Shown in pieces: positions 1 through 9,328 of a stretch of 40,083 nt of DNA. The stretch is from sequence record DRR723986_75299; one strand, written 5' to 3'. The notes under the pieces are model-generated. The model was not told the origin of the DNA. It did not search any database and was given only the letters and a program-made list of their open reading frames with translations. The position numbers and the translations under genes were made by a program. Numbering within the stretch: the stretch's first letter is position 1; each line of letters begins with the position of its first letter.

Positions 1-642
1 AAAGATGTTGTAAGCGGAGATTTTTATTGGTTAGAAAACCTGGAAGACTCTACCCTAGTTGCTGTTGCAGACTGCACAGGTCATGGAGTGCCAGGGGCAA
101 TGGTTTCAGTGGTTTGTCACAATGCGCTAAACAGAGCAGTAAGAGAATATCATTTAAGTAAACCAAATGAAATTTTAGATAAAACTAAAGAACTGGTGGT
201 TGAAACATTTAAAAGCAAATCCGAATTTGTAAGGGACGGAATGGATATCTCACTATGTCGTATACATAAGAATTCCGAAATTGTTGAATGGGCTGGTGCA
301 AATAATCCGCTCTATATTTATAAACGAATTAGCAATTCTATAGAAATCATAAGCTCAAACAAACAACCAGTTGGGGTATCAGACTACAGTGAAAACTTCA
401 CGAATCATGAATTGAAACTTGAACAAGGTGATATTATTTATTTATTCACAGATGGATATATGGATCAATTTGGTGGTGAACATGGCAAAAAATTCAAACA
501 TTCTCGATTTAGAGAGATTGCTTTAGACTTAGGGAAACAAGGAATAAAAGGCCAAAAAGAAGTTTTTGAAAAAGAGTTCCATAATTGGAAGGGCAACTTG
601 GAACAAATAGATGACATCTGTATCATAGGAATTGAATTATGA
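1..642 (+). CDS. SpoIIE/PP2C-family Ser/Thr phosphatase domain protein (5' part outside window)
   Basis: Frame is open from base 1 (KDVVSGDFYW...VADCTGHGVPGA). Motifs DGMDIS, FTDGYMDQFGG and QIDDI are present. The track's start at 88 is internal. Confidence 0.92.
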   Translation, partial: KDVVSGDFYWLENLEDSTLVAVADCTGHGVPGAMVSVVCHNALNRAVREYHLSKPNEILDKTKELVVETFKSKSEFVRDGMDISLCRIHKNSEIVEWAGANNPLYIYKRISNSIEIISSNKQPVGVSDYSENFTNHELKLEQGDIIYLFTDGYMDQFGGEHGKKFKHSRFREIALDLGKQGIKGQKEVFEKEFHNWKGNLEQIDDICIIGIEL

Positions 643-1112
643 AATTGATTAGTATTTTTTCTTTGTTGGTTGTGATTTTTTATCAATCCACAGTGTTTTC
701 TCAAACAAAATTGAACATTGAATCGGTTGACAGCACCATTATAGAAGTGTATAGACACACCAGCAAAGAAATGGCTACAAAAGAAGAGGACGCTGGCTGG
801 GTCTTATTATCTAAAAAATTAGTGGATCCTAAATGGTCTTCAAAAATTGTGAAATTCTTACAAGATCCGAGCAATTTTTCAGAAGATCGTGCTTTATTAA
901 CTCACGATAACGTTCAGATATATTTCTATGATCAAGGCGAATTAATCCTTGCATTTCATTTATCCACTTTGACTTTAAATATGTTTATTGAGGATGGTAA
1001 AGTCCACAACACATGGAGCATCACAGCTAAAGCTGCAAAGAAAATCAAGAAAATTTTAAAAAAGATTCAGGTACTAGATTTTATCGAGGAAGATTTCCAA
1101 TTTCCCAATTAG
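639..1112 (+). CDS. hypothetical exported protein
   Basis: 157 aa, Sec-type signal (MKLISIFSLLVVIF...VFS-Q), ATGA overlap with the upstream stop. Confidence 0.7.
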   Translation: MKLISIFSLLVVIFYQSTVFSQTKLNIESVDSTIIEVYRHTSKEMATKEEDAGWVLLSKKLVDPKWSSKIVKFLQDPSNFSEDRALLTHDNVQIYFYDQGELILAFHLSTLTLNMFIEDGKVHNTWSITAKAAKKIKKILKKIQVLDFIEEDFQFPN

Positions 1113-1882
1113 TTTTTGCGAACAACGTAGAGTAATTCGGTTTTTGGAATTCTGTAACGTTCAAACTTCTCTTTGGGCAGTTCTTCTGAATAATCTACGA
1201 TATCCACAGTAAACCCTGCTTCTTCTAATCGTTTGGGATAATTCAATCCGTACAACCTCACGTGGTCATATTGCCAAAAATGTTTCTCTCGCTCTTCAGG
1301 ACTAGTGATCGACCAATCTTCATAAGTCTCGGTTCTAGAACTATCAATTGGCACCTGCATTATTCCCCAGCCTCCTGGCTTCATAATACGATACAATTCT
1401 TGCATGCATTTTAAGTCATCCTTTACGTGTTCCATTACGTGATTACAGAAAATCACTTCGTATTGATTATCCTCTAAAGGAATTTCGTGCAAATCAAAAT
1501 GCATATCCACAATTGGTGATAATAAATCGCCTGTGGTATAATCTAAGTTTTTTTGCTGCTTGAATTTTTTATGAAAACATTGCTCGGGAGCAATATGCAT
1601 CACTTTTAAATCTGGCTTTGTGAAGAAATCTGACTTTTCCTTTAAATAAAGCCACATCAATCGGTGACGCTCTAAAGTTAAGTCGTAAGGGCACAATACA
1701 TTTTCTCTATGCGCAACGTCAGATCCATAGGAAAGAAACTTTCTAAACGATTTCTCGCATACGGGGCATTCTACATTATCTCCTTTGTAAAAAGGAGCCG
1801 CAATCACCCTAAACACATAGCTTAAACGAATAAGCCAAGGTCTCGGCACTGTATTAATTAACCACTTATAAATCTTCTTCAT
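1109..1882 (-). CDS. class I SAM-dependent methyltransferase with N-terminal Zn-finger-like segment
   Basis: CPVC...CPYDLTLERHR, HIAPE, IFCNHVMEHV, RIMKPGG, QYDHVRLYG. Confidence 0.88.
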   Translation of the reverse strand: MKKIYKWLINTVPRPWLIRLSYVFRVIAAPFYKGDNVECPVCEKSFRKFLSYGSDVAHRENVLCPYDLTLERHRLMWLYLKEKSDFFTKPDLKVMHIAPEQCFHKKFKQQKNLDYTTGDLLSPIVDMHFDLHEIPLEDNQYEVIFCNHVMEHVKDDLKCMQELYRIMKPGGWGIMQVPIDSSRTETYEDWSITSPEEREKHFWQYDHVRLYGLNYPKRLEEAGFTVDIVDYSEELPKEKFERYRIPKTELLYVVRKN

Positions 1883-1898
1883 TTCTTCTGATTGCGAG

Positions 1899-1906
1899 CA
1901 AAGATA
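1899..1906 (-). promoter_or_regulatory. Bacteroidota -7 promoter element TATCTTTG
   Basis: Exact TAnnTTTG, 16 nt upstream of the methyltransferase ATG. Confidence 0.6.
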
Positions 1907-2048
1907 AAAAAACTAGGTCTTGAAATTAAACAGAGTAAAAACAAACATCCAGAATTTGGTTGAATTAATCGAGAAATTGAAGCTATACACCGAATCAAAA
2001 TGATATGCCAAATTAATGTATTAACTTCATACAGTTAAACGATTATCA

Positions 2049-3941
2049 ATGTCAGCTGATTATAAAGACTATATATTCAACAACTCTAATGATTCAATTA
2101 TCATTTGTGACACGGATGGAATTATAATTGAATGTAACCCAGCAGGGTTAAAATTATTTGGGCTTTCGTTAAATCAAATAATTGGAATGAAAATGATTGA
2201 TTTATATGCAATCAAATCTCACGCTGAAATGGTAATCCAGCAACTTTCAGAGCATAACGTTTTTAAAGGTGAAATATTAAATAAAACTCCAGAAGGAAAA
2301 CTATTCTGGTCTTATTTAACTGCTAATTCCCTTTTCAATTCAGACGGAGAGCAAATTGGAACAATGGGAATTTCAAGAGATGTCTCCGAAGAAAAAGAGA
2401 TGAAGAAAGGCTTCGAAATCATTGTTAATGACGCCAGCGATTTTATTTATTCCACCAATTTCAAAGGAGAGTTTACCTTTCTCAACGAAGGGTTGACAAA
2501 AATTGGTGGTTATGTACCAAAAAAGCAGTTAGGTAAAACATTTACTGATTTTTTACATCCCGCTTGGAAGGATAAAATCTCAGCCTATTACGAAACCATG
2601 TTCTTAGAAAAAATCCCTAATTCTTATTTAGAATTTGAAATGATTTGTGCAGATGGAAGTGCACTTTGGGTAGGTCAAAATGTAACGACAAAATTCTCAG
2701 AAACAGATCCTGATAAAATTGAAGGATTTTTCGGAATTGTGAGAGATATTTCAAAGAGAAAAAACACCGAGAAGGAATTAAAAGAAAGTGAAAAAAGATA
2801 TCGTGAGTTGTTTGAAAACTCTTCAGATTTGATTCAAGAAATTGATTCTAACGGTAAGATAATTTATGTTAATCAATCATGGTTAAGGACGCTCGAATAT
2901 ACTCTTGAAGAAGTTGAACAGCTCAACCTCTTTGAGCTCATTCACCCAGACAGTCAGATTCATTGCCAAGACCTCTTCGCAAATATACTGCAGACAGGCG
3001 AATGTCATGTAGAAAGACCTAATTACTACATGATTAGTAAAAATGGAAATCAAATCTACGTAGAAGGGGCCATTACTATAAAAACCGGACCAGACGGGAG
3101 CTACAGAATCCAATCTTTTTTAAGAGATTTAACTAAAGAAAAAGAACTTTCTAAACTCGCTGAAACGCAAAGAAACGAGATTAATCAGAGTATTGATTAT
3201 GCTAAAGGAATTCAGAAATCGGCTCTTCCAACTCATGATGAAATAAACGAATTGCTAAATGAAGCATTTGTTTTTTACAGGGCAAAAGATAAACTTAGCG
3301 GAGATTTTTATTTAGTTGACCAATTAAAATCGAATGCTAACGAACCATTAACTGCCGCAATAGTTGCCGACTGTACTGGTCATGGTGTACCTGGGGGGAT
3401 TTTGAGCTTATTATGTAATGCACTATTGAAAGAAACTTTTTCAAATCCACTCATAAATAGCCCAGCCGAAGCATTAGAGTTTGTTAGAAAAAAATTGATT
3501 GCCTTATTCAGAAATTCAGAAGAACGTGAAGTGCAAGACGGCATGGATGCTGCCTTTTGCGTCATCAATCATCAACAAAATCAGATTTATTTTTCGGGAG
3601 CCAATTTGAATTGCTATATCATTAGAAATAATGAAGTGATTACCCTAAAAGGTGATCGCCAGCACGTAGGAAAAAATTACATAAGCGAGGCTTTTACCAA
3701 TCATTTTTTCGATATTCTAAAAGGAGATAGAATTTACATGTTCAGTGACGGGTACGTTGATCAATTTGGAGGCCCTGACAGGAGAAAATTCATGAAAGGA
3801 AGATTATTGAAATTTCTATTGGAAATTCATCAACTCAAAATGGAAGAGCAATTACAGCTTCTATCAACTACATTTAATGAGTGGAAGGGGAACATTGAAC
3901 AAACGGATGATGTCACAATTCTTGGATTCAAGTATGAATAG
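2049..3941 (+). CDS. soluble triple-PAS sensor fused to SpoIIE/PP2C phosphatase
   Basis: Three PAS/PAC units (ending GISRDVSEEK, GIVRDISKRK, FLRDLTKEK), then SIDYAKGIQ, LSGDFY, ADCTGHGVPG, DGMD, SDGYVDQFGG, QTDDV. No TM segment. Confidence 0.92.
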   Translation: MSADYKDYIFNNSNDSIIICDTDGIIIECNPAGLKLFGLSLNQIIGMKMIDLYAIKSHAEMVIQQLSEHNVFKGEILNKTPEGKLFWSYLTANSLFNSDGEQIGTMGISRDVSEEKEMKKGFEIIVNDASDFIYSTNFKGEFTFLNEGLTKIGGYVPKKQLGKTFTDFLHPAWKDKISAYYETMFLEKIPNSYLEFEMICADGSALWVGQNVTTKFSETDPDKIEGFFGIVRDISKRKNTEKELKESEKRYRELFENSSDLIQEIDSNGKIIYVNQSWLRTLEYTLEEVEQLNLFELIHPDSQIHCQDLFANILQTGECHVERPNYYMISKNGNQIYVEGAITIKTGPDGSYRIQSFLRDLTKEKELSKLAETQRNEINQSIDYAKGIQKSALPTHDEINELLNEAFVFYRAKDKLSGDFYLVDQLKSNANEPLTAAIVADCTGHGVPGGILSLLCNALLKETFSNPLINSPAEALEFVRKKLIALFRNSEEREVQDGMDAAFCVINHQQNQIYFSGANLNCYIIRNNEVITLKGDRQHVGKNYISEAFTNHFFDILKGDRIYMFSDGYVDQFGGPDRRKFMKGRLLKFLLEIHQLKMEEQLQLLSTTFNEWKGNIEQTDDVTILGFKYE

Positions 3942-3982
3942 AATTCCTTTTAATATTCTGTGTAACTTGTTCAAAAAAAGTT

Positions 3983-5230
3983 ATTTCCGATCGAGTTAAA
4001 CATCCATTTCTTCAAATTCTGCTGCTAATTCTGGCAGGGGAAAGTGTCTTTATTTTACCATTTGTATTAGCGAGAGTTTTTCGGCCAACCTACTTAACCG
4101 TATTTGATTTAACGAACGAGCAATTAGGCATTTGTTTTTCAGTGTTCGGCTTTGTAGCTATCGAGGCGTATATTTTTGGAGGATTTTTAGCTGACAAAGT
4201 TCAACCCAAAAATTTAATTGGAACCTCCCTCCTACTCACTTCTTTAGGAGGATTTTACATGTCAAGTTTGCCAGGTTTTAAAGGCATGTGTTTTTTATAT
4301 GGATATTGGGGATTCACGAGTATATTTTTACTCTGGGCAGCAATGATCAAAGCCACTAGAATTTGGGGTGGCGACAAAAGTCAAGGAAAAGCTTTTGGTT
4401 TATTAGATGGTGGACGTGGACTGGTCGCATTCTTAATTTCAAGTATAGCAGTTTATACTTTCATCCTCACCTTAGACATTCCGGTTGAAGAAGCGAATAA
4501 TGAACAGAAGGGAGCAGCCTTGAAGAATGTCATTATAATGAGTTCAAGTTTTGTTAGCTGCATAGGTGTTCTGGTATTATTATTTTTCGGCAAAGTTGAT
4601 AACAAAGATTCTTTGGCAGTTAATTTTAAAGAGATGCTGGCTACCTTCAAATTCCCACAGGTTTATTTGTTGTCAGGAATCGTTTTTTGCGCGTATTCTG
4701 CTTATCGATTAACAGATTTATTGCCTCAGTTTGCTCATGAAATTGCAGGAATGGATGAAGTTTTCACTTCAAAAATTTCTACCGTGATGCTTTTCGCTAG
4801 AGCAGCTGTTGGTCTATCAATTGGATTTTTTGCAGACAAGCGTAATCATTTTAATTTACTAATCACTGGTTTCGTAATGGTGGGATTAAGTTGTGGCCTT
4901 TATTTATTACTTGGCTCGGCAGTCAGTAACTTACTTATTTTCGTTATCCCAACTTTGCTGATCGCAATAGGAACTTACTCAGCCAGAGTGCTATATTTTT
5001 CAGTAATCGCCAAATCAAAAATCCCATTAAGTATCACCGGTTCTGCAGTTGGACTAATATCTGTTATTGGCTATACCCCAGATATTTACTTTGGAATTGT
5101 GAGTGGCTATTTTTTAGATAATTTTGGCTATACAGACGGATTTAGAGCGAACTTTTTCATGGTTTTAGCATTGGCTATCTTTGGAATCGTTCTCGTTATG
5201 CGATTGAAAAGAATACTAAAAAATGAATGA
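3983..5230 (+). CDS. MFS transporter (start uncertain; frame extends upstream of GTG 4142)
   Basis: Many TM helices and a GGFLADK motif. The in-frame upstream extension QILLLILAGESVFILPFVLARVFRPT supplies TM1. Start placed tentatively at ATT 3983. Confidence 0.85.
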   Translation: MSDRVKHPFLQILLLILAGESVFILPFVLARVFRPTYLTVFDLTNEQLGICFSVFGFVAIEAYIFGGFLADKVQPKNLIGTSLLLTSLGGFYMSSLPGFKGMCFLYGYWGFTSIFLLWAAMIKATRIWGGDKSQGKAFGLLDGGRGLVAFLISSIAVYTFILTLDIPVEEANNEQKGAALKNVIIMSSSFVSCIGVLVLLFFGKVDNKDSLAVNFKEMLATFKFPQVYLLSGIVFCAYSAYRLTDLLPQFAHEIAGMDEVFTSKISTVMLFARAAVGLSIGFFADKRNHFNLLITGFVMVGLSCGLYLLLGSAVSNLLIFVIPTLLIAIGTYSARVLYFSVIAKSKIPLSITGSAVGLISVIGYTPDIYFGIVSGYFLDNFGYTDGFRANFFMVLALAIFGIVLVMRLKRILKNE

Positions 5231-5723
5231 AGCAATTTTCAAGGTTTTTCCAGAATTAACAATGGACGAGTTTACACTCAAAGCCATCTCCGAAAATGAC
5301 ATGGATGAGATTAATGAAATGTGCAGCTATCGGCCAGCAGATCGGCAATCTACAGGACCTGAATTACTGCAGAAAATTGAAGATGAATACCTAGCACAAA
5401 ACGGTATCAATTGGGGGATATATTTTGAAAATAAACTGATTGGAACCATAGGCTTTTATCGTGGATTTGAAAACAACGAAGCGGAAATTGGATATGTATT
5501 ATTGAAACAATATCGCGGAAAAGGCATCACCACCAGAGCAGTCAAATTATTGGTTCGTTTTGCTTTTGAAGACATGAAAATTTCAAAAGTGAAGGCTTAC
5601 ACAGCCAAGGATAATCTGGCTTCTCAACACGTTTTAGAAAATTCCAGTTTCAGAAAAGTAGCGTCAGATATCGAAGATGACTGCAAGTTTGAGTTGATAA
5701 TGAGTGATTTACAGCATCAATAA
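5223..5723 (+). CDS. GNAT N-acetyltransferase, RimJ/RimL type
   Basis: LIGTIGF, EAEIGYVL, YRGKGI, DNLASQHVLE. Confidence 0.88.
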   Translation: MNEAIFKVFPELTMDEFTLKAISENDMDEINEMCSYRPADRQSTGPELLQKIEDEYLAQNGINWGIYFENKLIGTIGFYRGFENNEAEIGYVLLKQYRGKGITTRAVKLLVRFAFEDMKISKVKAYTAKDNLASQHVLENSSFRKVASDIEDDCKFELIMSDLQHQ

Positions 5724-5770
5724 ATAAGTTACTTTTTTTAATAAATCGAATTTATTTAGTAAACTTAAAT

Positions 5771-7111
5771 ATGAAAACACTCTTCACCTTAATGCTATTT
5801 AGCATCACCTTCTCACTCGTTGCGCAAAACAACTCAACGAATATCTTTTTTAATGTAGACAGTGACGTCATGCGAATTAATGACCTCTATAAACTCCAAA
5901 AATTCATTGAAGAAAAACGAACGATCAAACTGATTGGTCATGCTGATAAATCTGGAAATGCAGAATACAACCTAGACCTTTCAAAAAGACGTGTTGAAAA
6001 TGTCAAGAAATATTTGGTTTCACAAGGTTATCCTGCAGAAAAAATAGCCACAGACTATCAGGGAGAATCGAATGCAGGATCTAAAGAACATTTCTTTAAT
6101 CGTAGAGTTGAAGTTATTTATAACACACCAGACAAAACACTGAATTCTTTTGAAGACTTTAAAAAATCCTTGATGCCTGCAGTACAAACCTTTTGGATTC
6201 ATAATTCAGGAGACACAACAATTGAAGGCGAAAAAGGAACTATCGTTACATTAGCTTCAAGTGCTATGATAACAGTTGACGGAACTATTCCTTCGGGTAA
6301 AATAAAAGTTGAACTAACTGAGTACACGAGTAACTCAGATTATTTTGCAGATGATTTATACACGCAATCTGGTCAAGAATTAATTGAAACCAATGGCATG
6401 ATAAAAATCGAAGCCTTTTCTGGGGAGGATAAATTGGAAATGCAAAGTGGCAGTACAATTGAAATAGGTTTTCCGAAAACATCAACCAAAGAATTCACCA
6501 ATTTCAATGGAGAACGCCTGGCTAATGGAACAATGAATTGGACCAATACGGCTATACAAAAAGACTTTAAATTAGTTTTAGATGGTTCAGACAAAGTTAA
6601 ACTCACCACCGGACAGGGATCTATGGGAAGAACCTATCCTTATCAATTATTTAGAACTGGAGATACCACTGGAATGGCAAAGTTTTTTCAAGAGCAAGAA
6701 AAAATTGAGCAATTTAAAAACAACTATTATGATGTCATTGAATCAAATAAACTTGATTTTATTAATTGCGATCGTTTTTTACGTGATAAAGGACGTGAAC
6801 TGTATAGGACTCGATTTGAAGTTTCCATTTTAAACAAACAAATTAAGTTAATGGCTGTAAATATAATTTTCAACGAAATTAAAAGCATACTTGAGCTATA
6901 CGACTACAAAGAAGGTTTTGAACAATCAAATCGATTTATTGAAATGGCGATTCCTGATAAAGCTGATGTGACCATTATGGCTATTGGTCAAAATGAAGAA
7001 ACGAAAGAGGTTTACTTTTTCAAAGAGTCAGCTAATATTACTGAGGATTACATCAAAACAGTAACGCTAGTTAAAACTTCTTATGAAGAGATTAAAAAAC
7101 AGCTAGACTAA
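5771..7111 (+). CDS. exported protein with N-terminal OmpA-like peptidoglycan-binding domain
   Basis: Signal peptide, GHADKSGNAEYNLDLSKRR and NRRVEV. C-terminal part (EGEKGT, ETNGMI, FINCDRF) is uncharacterised. Confidence 0.85.
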   Translation: MKTLFTLMLFSITFSLVAQNNSTNIFFNVDSDVMRINDLYKLQKFIEEKRTIKLIGHADKSGNAEYNLDLSKRRVENVKKYLVSQGYPAEKIATDYQGESNAGSKEHFFNRRVEVIYNTPDKTLNSFEDFKKSLMPAVQTFWIHNSGDTTIEGEKGTIVTLASSAMITVDGTIPSGKIKVELTEYTSNSDYFADDLYTQSGQELIETNGMIKIEAFSGEDKLEMQSGSTIEIGFPKTSTKEFTNFNGERLANGTMNWTNTAIQKDFKLVLDGSDKVKLTTGQGSMGRTYPYQLFRTGDTTGMAKFFQEQEKIEQFKNNYYDVIESNKLDFINCDRFLRDKGRELYRTRFEVSILNKQIKLMAVNIIFNEIKSILELYDYKEGFEQSNRFIEMAIPDKADVTIMAIGQNEETKEVYFFKESANITEDYIKTVTLVKTSYEEIKKQLD

Positions 7112-7783
7112 AGCAATCGTAGCTTCTATGGCTTGTTTTACATTCTCTCTGATTTCAAGAATATTAGCGTCCATCATATAGCAAGGCGCCGTTACAATTT
7201 TATTAGCGGTATCTACTTGAATTTCTTTAATCGTTTTCATGGCCGCTTTTGCACCTACAGATTCAATTCCGGCGTTAAAACCATTAATATCATATGGGGA
7301 AGATTCTTGATCACTACCTAAAGTCATACTTGCTGAAATCGCACTGCCTTCTAATGCCTTTGCAACAACAACAGGACTCACGCACAATGCACACACAGGC
7401 TTCCCAACATTAATCATGTTCACTAAAAGCAATTTAATCTCCGCATCAATTTCTCCCTCAGGACCTAGAAATGCCCATTTTGAAAAATTCTTGGCAGAAC
7501 CAAAACCACCCGGTATCACTAAGGCATCTATATCTGCAGGACTCACATTTTTAACTTCTGTTACTTCTCCCCTCGCAATTCGCGCTGCTTCGACCATCAT
7601 ATTTCTGGTTTCATCTTGTTCTTCACCGGTTAAATGATTGATAACATGATGCTGTTGCTTGTTTAAGGATATGCATTGATATTCATGACCCGCTTCAACA
7701 ATTGCTAACATGGCCATTGTAGCCTCTTGTATCTCAGCACCATCATAGACTCCACAACCTGAAAGTAATATTCCGAACTTCAT
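7103..7783 (-). CDS. elbB: glyoxalase ElbB (DJ-1/PfpI superfamily)
   Basis: LLSGCGVYDGAEIQEA, EAARIARG, IPGGFGSAKN, IVTAPCYM. Confidence 0.93.
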   Translation of the reverse strand: MKFGILLSGCGVYDGAEIQEATMAMLAIVEAGHEYQCISLNKQQHHVINHLTGEEQDETRNMMVEAARIARGEVTEVKNVSPADIDALVIPGGFGSAKNFSKWAFLGPEGEIDAEIKLLLVNMINVGKPVCALCVSPVVVAKALEGSAISASMTLGSDQESSPYDINGFNAGIESVGAKAAMKTIKEIQVDTANKIVTAPCYMMDANILEIRENVKQAIEATIALV

Positions 7784-7833
7784 AATTAATGTTTATTTAC
7801 TCAGATAAATTTAGCTAATTTTAAACAAGATTC

Positions 7834-8226
7834 ATGAATAAAGATTTTGATAATATTGTTTTTTATGATGGCGATTGCGGATTTTGCAATGCATCTGTTC
7901 AGTTTATTCTGAAGAAACGCAAAGAGAATTTCTATTTCAGTCCACTTCAATCTGAATTTGCCGTAGAAATACTAGGAGAGTCAGCAATTGCCATAAATCT
8001 TGAAACAATTTTCTTTAAGCGGAAACATAAAATTTACGATAAATCATCAGCTGCTTTGAGAGTTTGCGCCGGTTTAAAAGGGGCCTATCCTTTAATGCAA
8101 GGATTTTTAATTGTGCCTAAATTTCTACGCGATTGGGTATATAACGGCATAGCTAAAAGACGGCATAGAATAAAAAAGGGGTATTGTGTACTTCCAACTG
8201 AAGAAGAAAAGCAATTCTTTCTTTAA
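7834..8226 (+). CDS. DCC-family (DUF393) thiol-disulfide oxidoreductase
   Basis: FYDGDCGFCN (DxxCxxC), FSPLQS, KSSAAL, RDWVYNGIAKRR. Confidence 0.9.
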   Translation: MNKDFDNIVFYDGDCGFCNASVQFILKKRKENFYFSPLQSEFAVEILGESAIAINLETIFFKRKHKIYDKSSAALRVCAGLKGAYPLMQGFLIVPKFLRDWVYNGIAKRRHRIKKGYCVLPTEEEKQFFL

Positions 8227-8367
8227 TTACTTTTTAGGGCATCCACCGCAATGCTTGCCTTTCTTTTGATATTTCTTGCAGCATTTCTTTTTCTTTGAAC
8301 ATGCTGATAACAAATCTACCTCAGATAAAGAGGGATCAAAATTGTTGATGTGCGGGAATTCATTCAC
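8227..8367 (-). CDS. 46-aa Cys/Lys-rich small protein with FhuF-C-like CC-x9-C-x2-CP motif (not in ORF track)
   Basis: Manual translation from GTG 8367: MNEFPHINNFDPSLSEVDLLSACSKKKKCCKKYQKKGKHCGGCPKK*. Its stop abuts the DCC stop. Confidence 0.75.
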   Translation of the reverse strand: MNEFPHINNFDPSLSEVDLLSACSKKKKCCKKYQKKGKHCGGCPKK

Positions 8368-8383
8368 AGTGTAAAATTGCTAA

Positions 8384-8398
8384 TTAGAATCATTCTAA
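8384..8398. promoter_or_regulatory. perfect 7-1-7 palindrome TTAGAAT-C-ATTCTAA, putative Fur box
   Basis: Inverted repeat seen directly, between two divergent starts. Resembles the ATTTAGAATnATTCTAAAT-type Flavobacteriales Fur box (from memory). Confidence 0.7.
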
Positions 8399-8437
8399 AC
8401 AATACCACTTTTGTGGTATTTTGATTAGCTTTAGTCT

Positions 8438-9328
8438 ATGAGAATATTTGAAACCCTTGTAATTGCTGGATATCTATTGAGTTCTTGCGGTTCATCCCAA
8501 GTCAGCACTGAACATGGAAATGACGCCTTAGCAGATAAAAAAATTGAAGAAATTGATTCCACTAAAGAGGAAAAACGGGACTACCCAGACAATGTTGATT
8601 CGAGTCAGCACGCCCAGGTTTTAGCATTTATTGAGCTCGTTGAACAGAATAAATTGGATGAATTATCCAGTATGATTGAGTATCCGCTAAAAAGAGAAAG
8701 CCCTTTGGCTGATATTACTACAACTTCTGAGTTTGTCGATTATCCCTACGAACTATTTGATGAAGAAATAAAAACTCAACTTCAAAAATATTTAGATGAA
8801 CCGGATATCATTGATAGAACTATGTCAAACGGAAAGTTCGGAATATTGAATGGATTGATTTGGTTTTGGGATGGCGGCAGTGTTGCAGCACTGAACTATA
8901 CTTCTAAAAAAGAACAAGATTATATCAAATTAAGAGATGCCGAAATAAGAGCGCTACTCCACCCTTCTATTCAAAGTTTTGAAAAGAACTATTATATCGG
9001 TCAAACAGAAAAATTTACGTTTAGAATAGATTGGATGGATGATTCCTACGAAAATCTGAGATACGTCTCTTGGTCTAATAAATGGAACATGACTCAACAG
9101 CCAGATATCATTCTTGAAAACGGAATAATGGAGAAACAAGGAACAATTGGAGGATACACGACCAGCTTTGAAAATGGCGAATATTCCTATGTACTTGATC
9201 AAAGGTGGGCAGCCGAAAATGATTCAGGTCTCGGCGACTTTTTATTGGTCATGAAAAACGGCAAAGAAATAAGTTCAGCAAGGGTAACAGAAATTTTGGA
9301 CGAACTGGCCTTCTTGAAGAAAGATTAA
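8438..9328 (+). CDS. hypothetical lipoprotein
   Basis: Lipobox LLSS-C, acidic linker, 296 aa. Confidence 0.75.
   Translation: MRIFETLVIAGYLLSSCGSSQVSTEHGNDALADKKIEEIDSTKEEKRDYPDNVDSSQHAQVLAFIELVEQNKLDELSSMIEYPLKRESPLADITTTSEFVDYPYELFDEEIKTQLQKYLDEPDIIDRTMSNGKFGILNGLIWFWDGGSVAALNYTSKKEQDYIKLRDAEIRALLHPSIQSFEKNYYIGQTEKFTFRIDWMDDSYENLRYVSWSNKWNMTQQPDIILENGIMEKQGTIGGYTTSFENGEYSYVLDQRWAAENDSGLGDFLLVMKNGKEISSARVTEILDELAFLKKD

Noticed and set aside
5740-5756. AATAAAT-CGA-ATTTATT palindrome before the OmpA-domain gene
   Set aside because: Arms are pure A/T in AT-rich DNA, with no second copy or nearby regulator.
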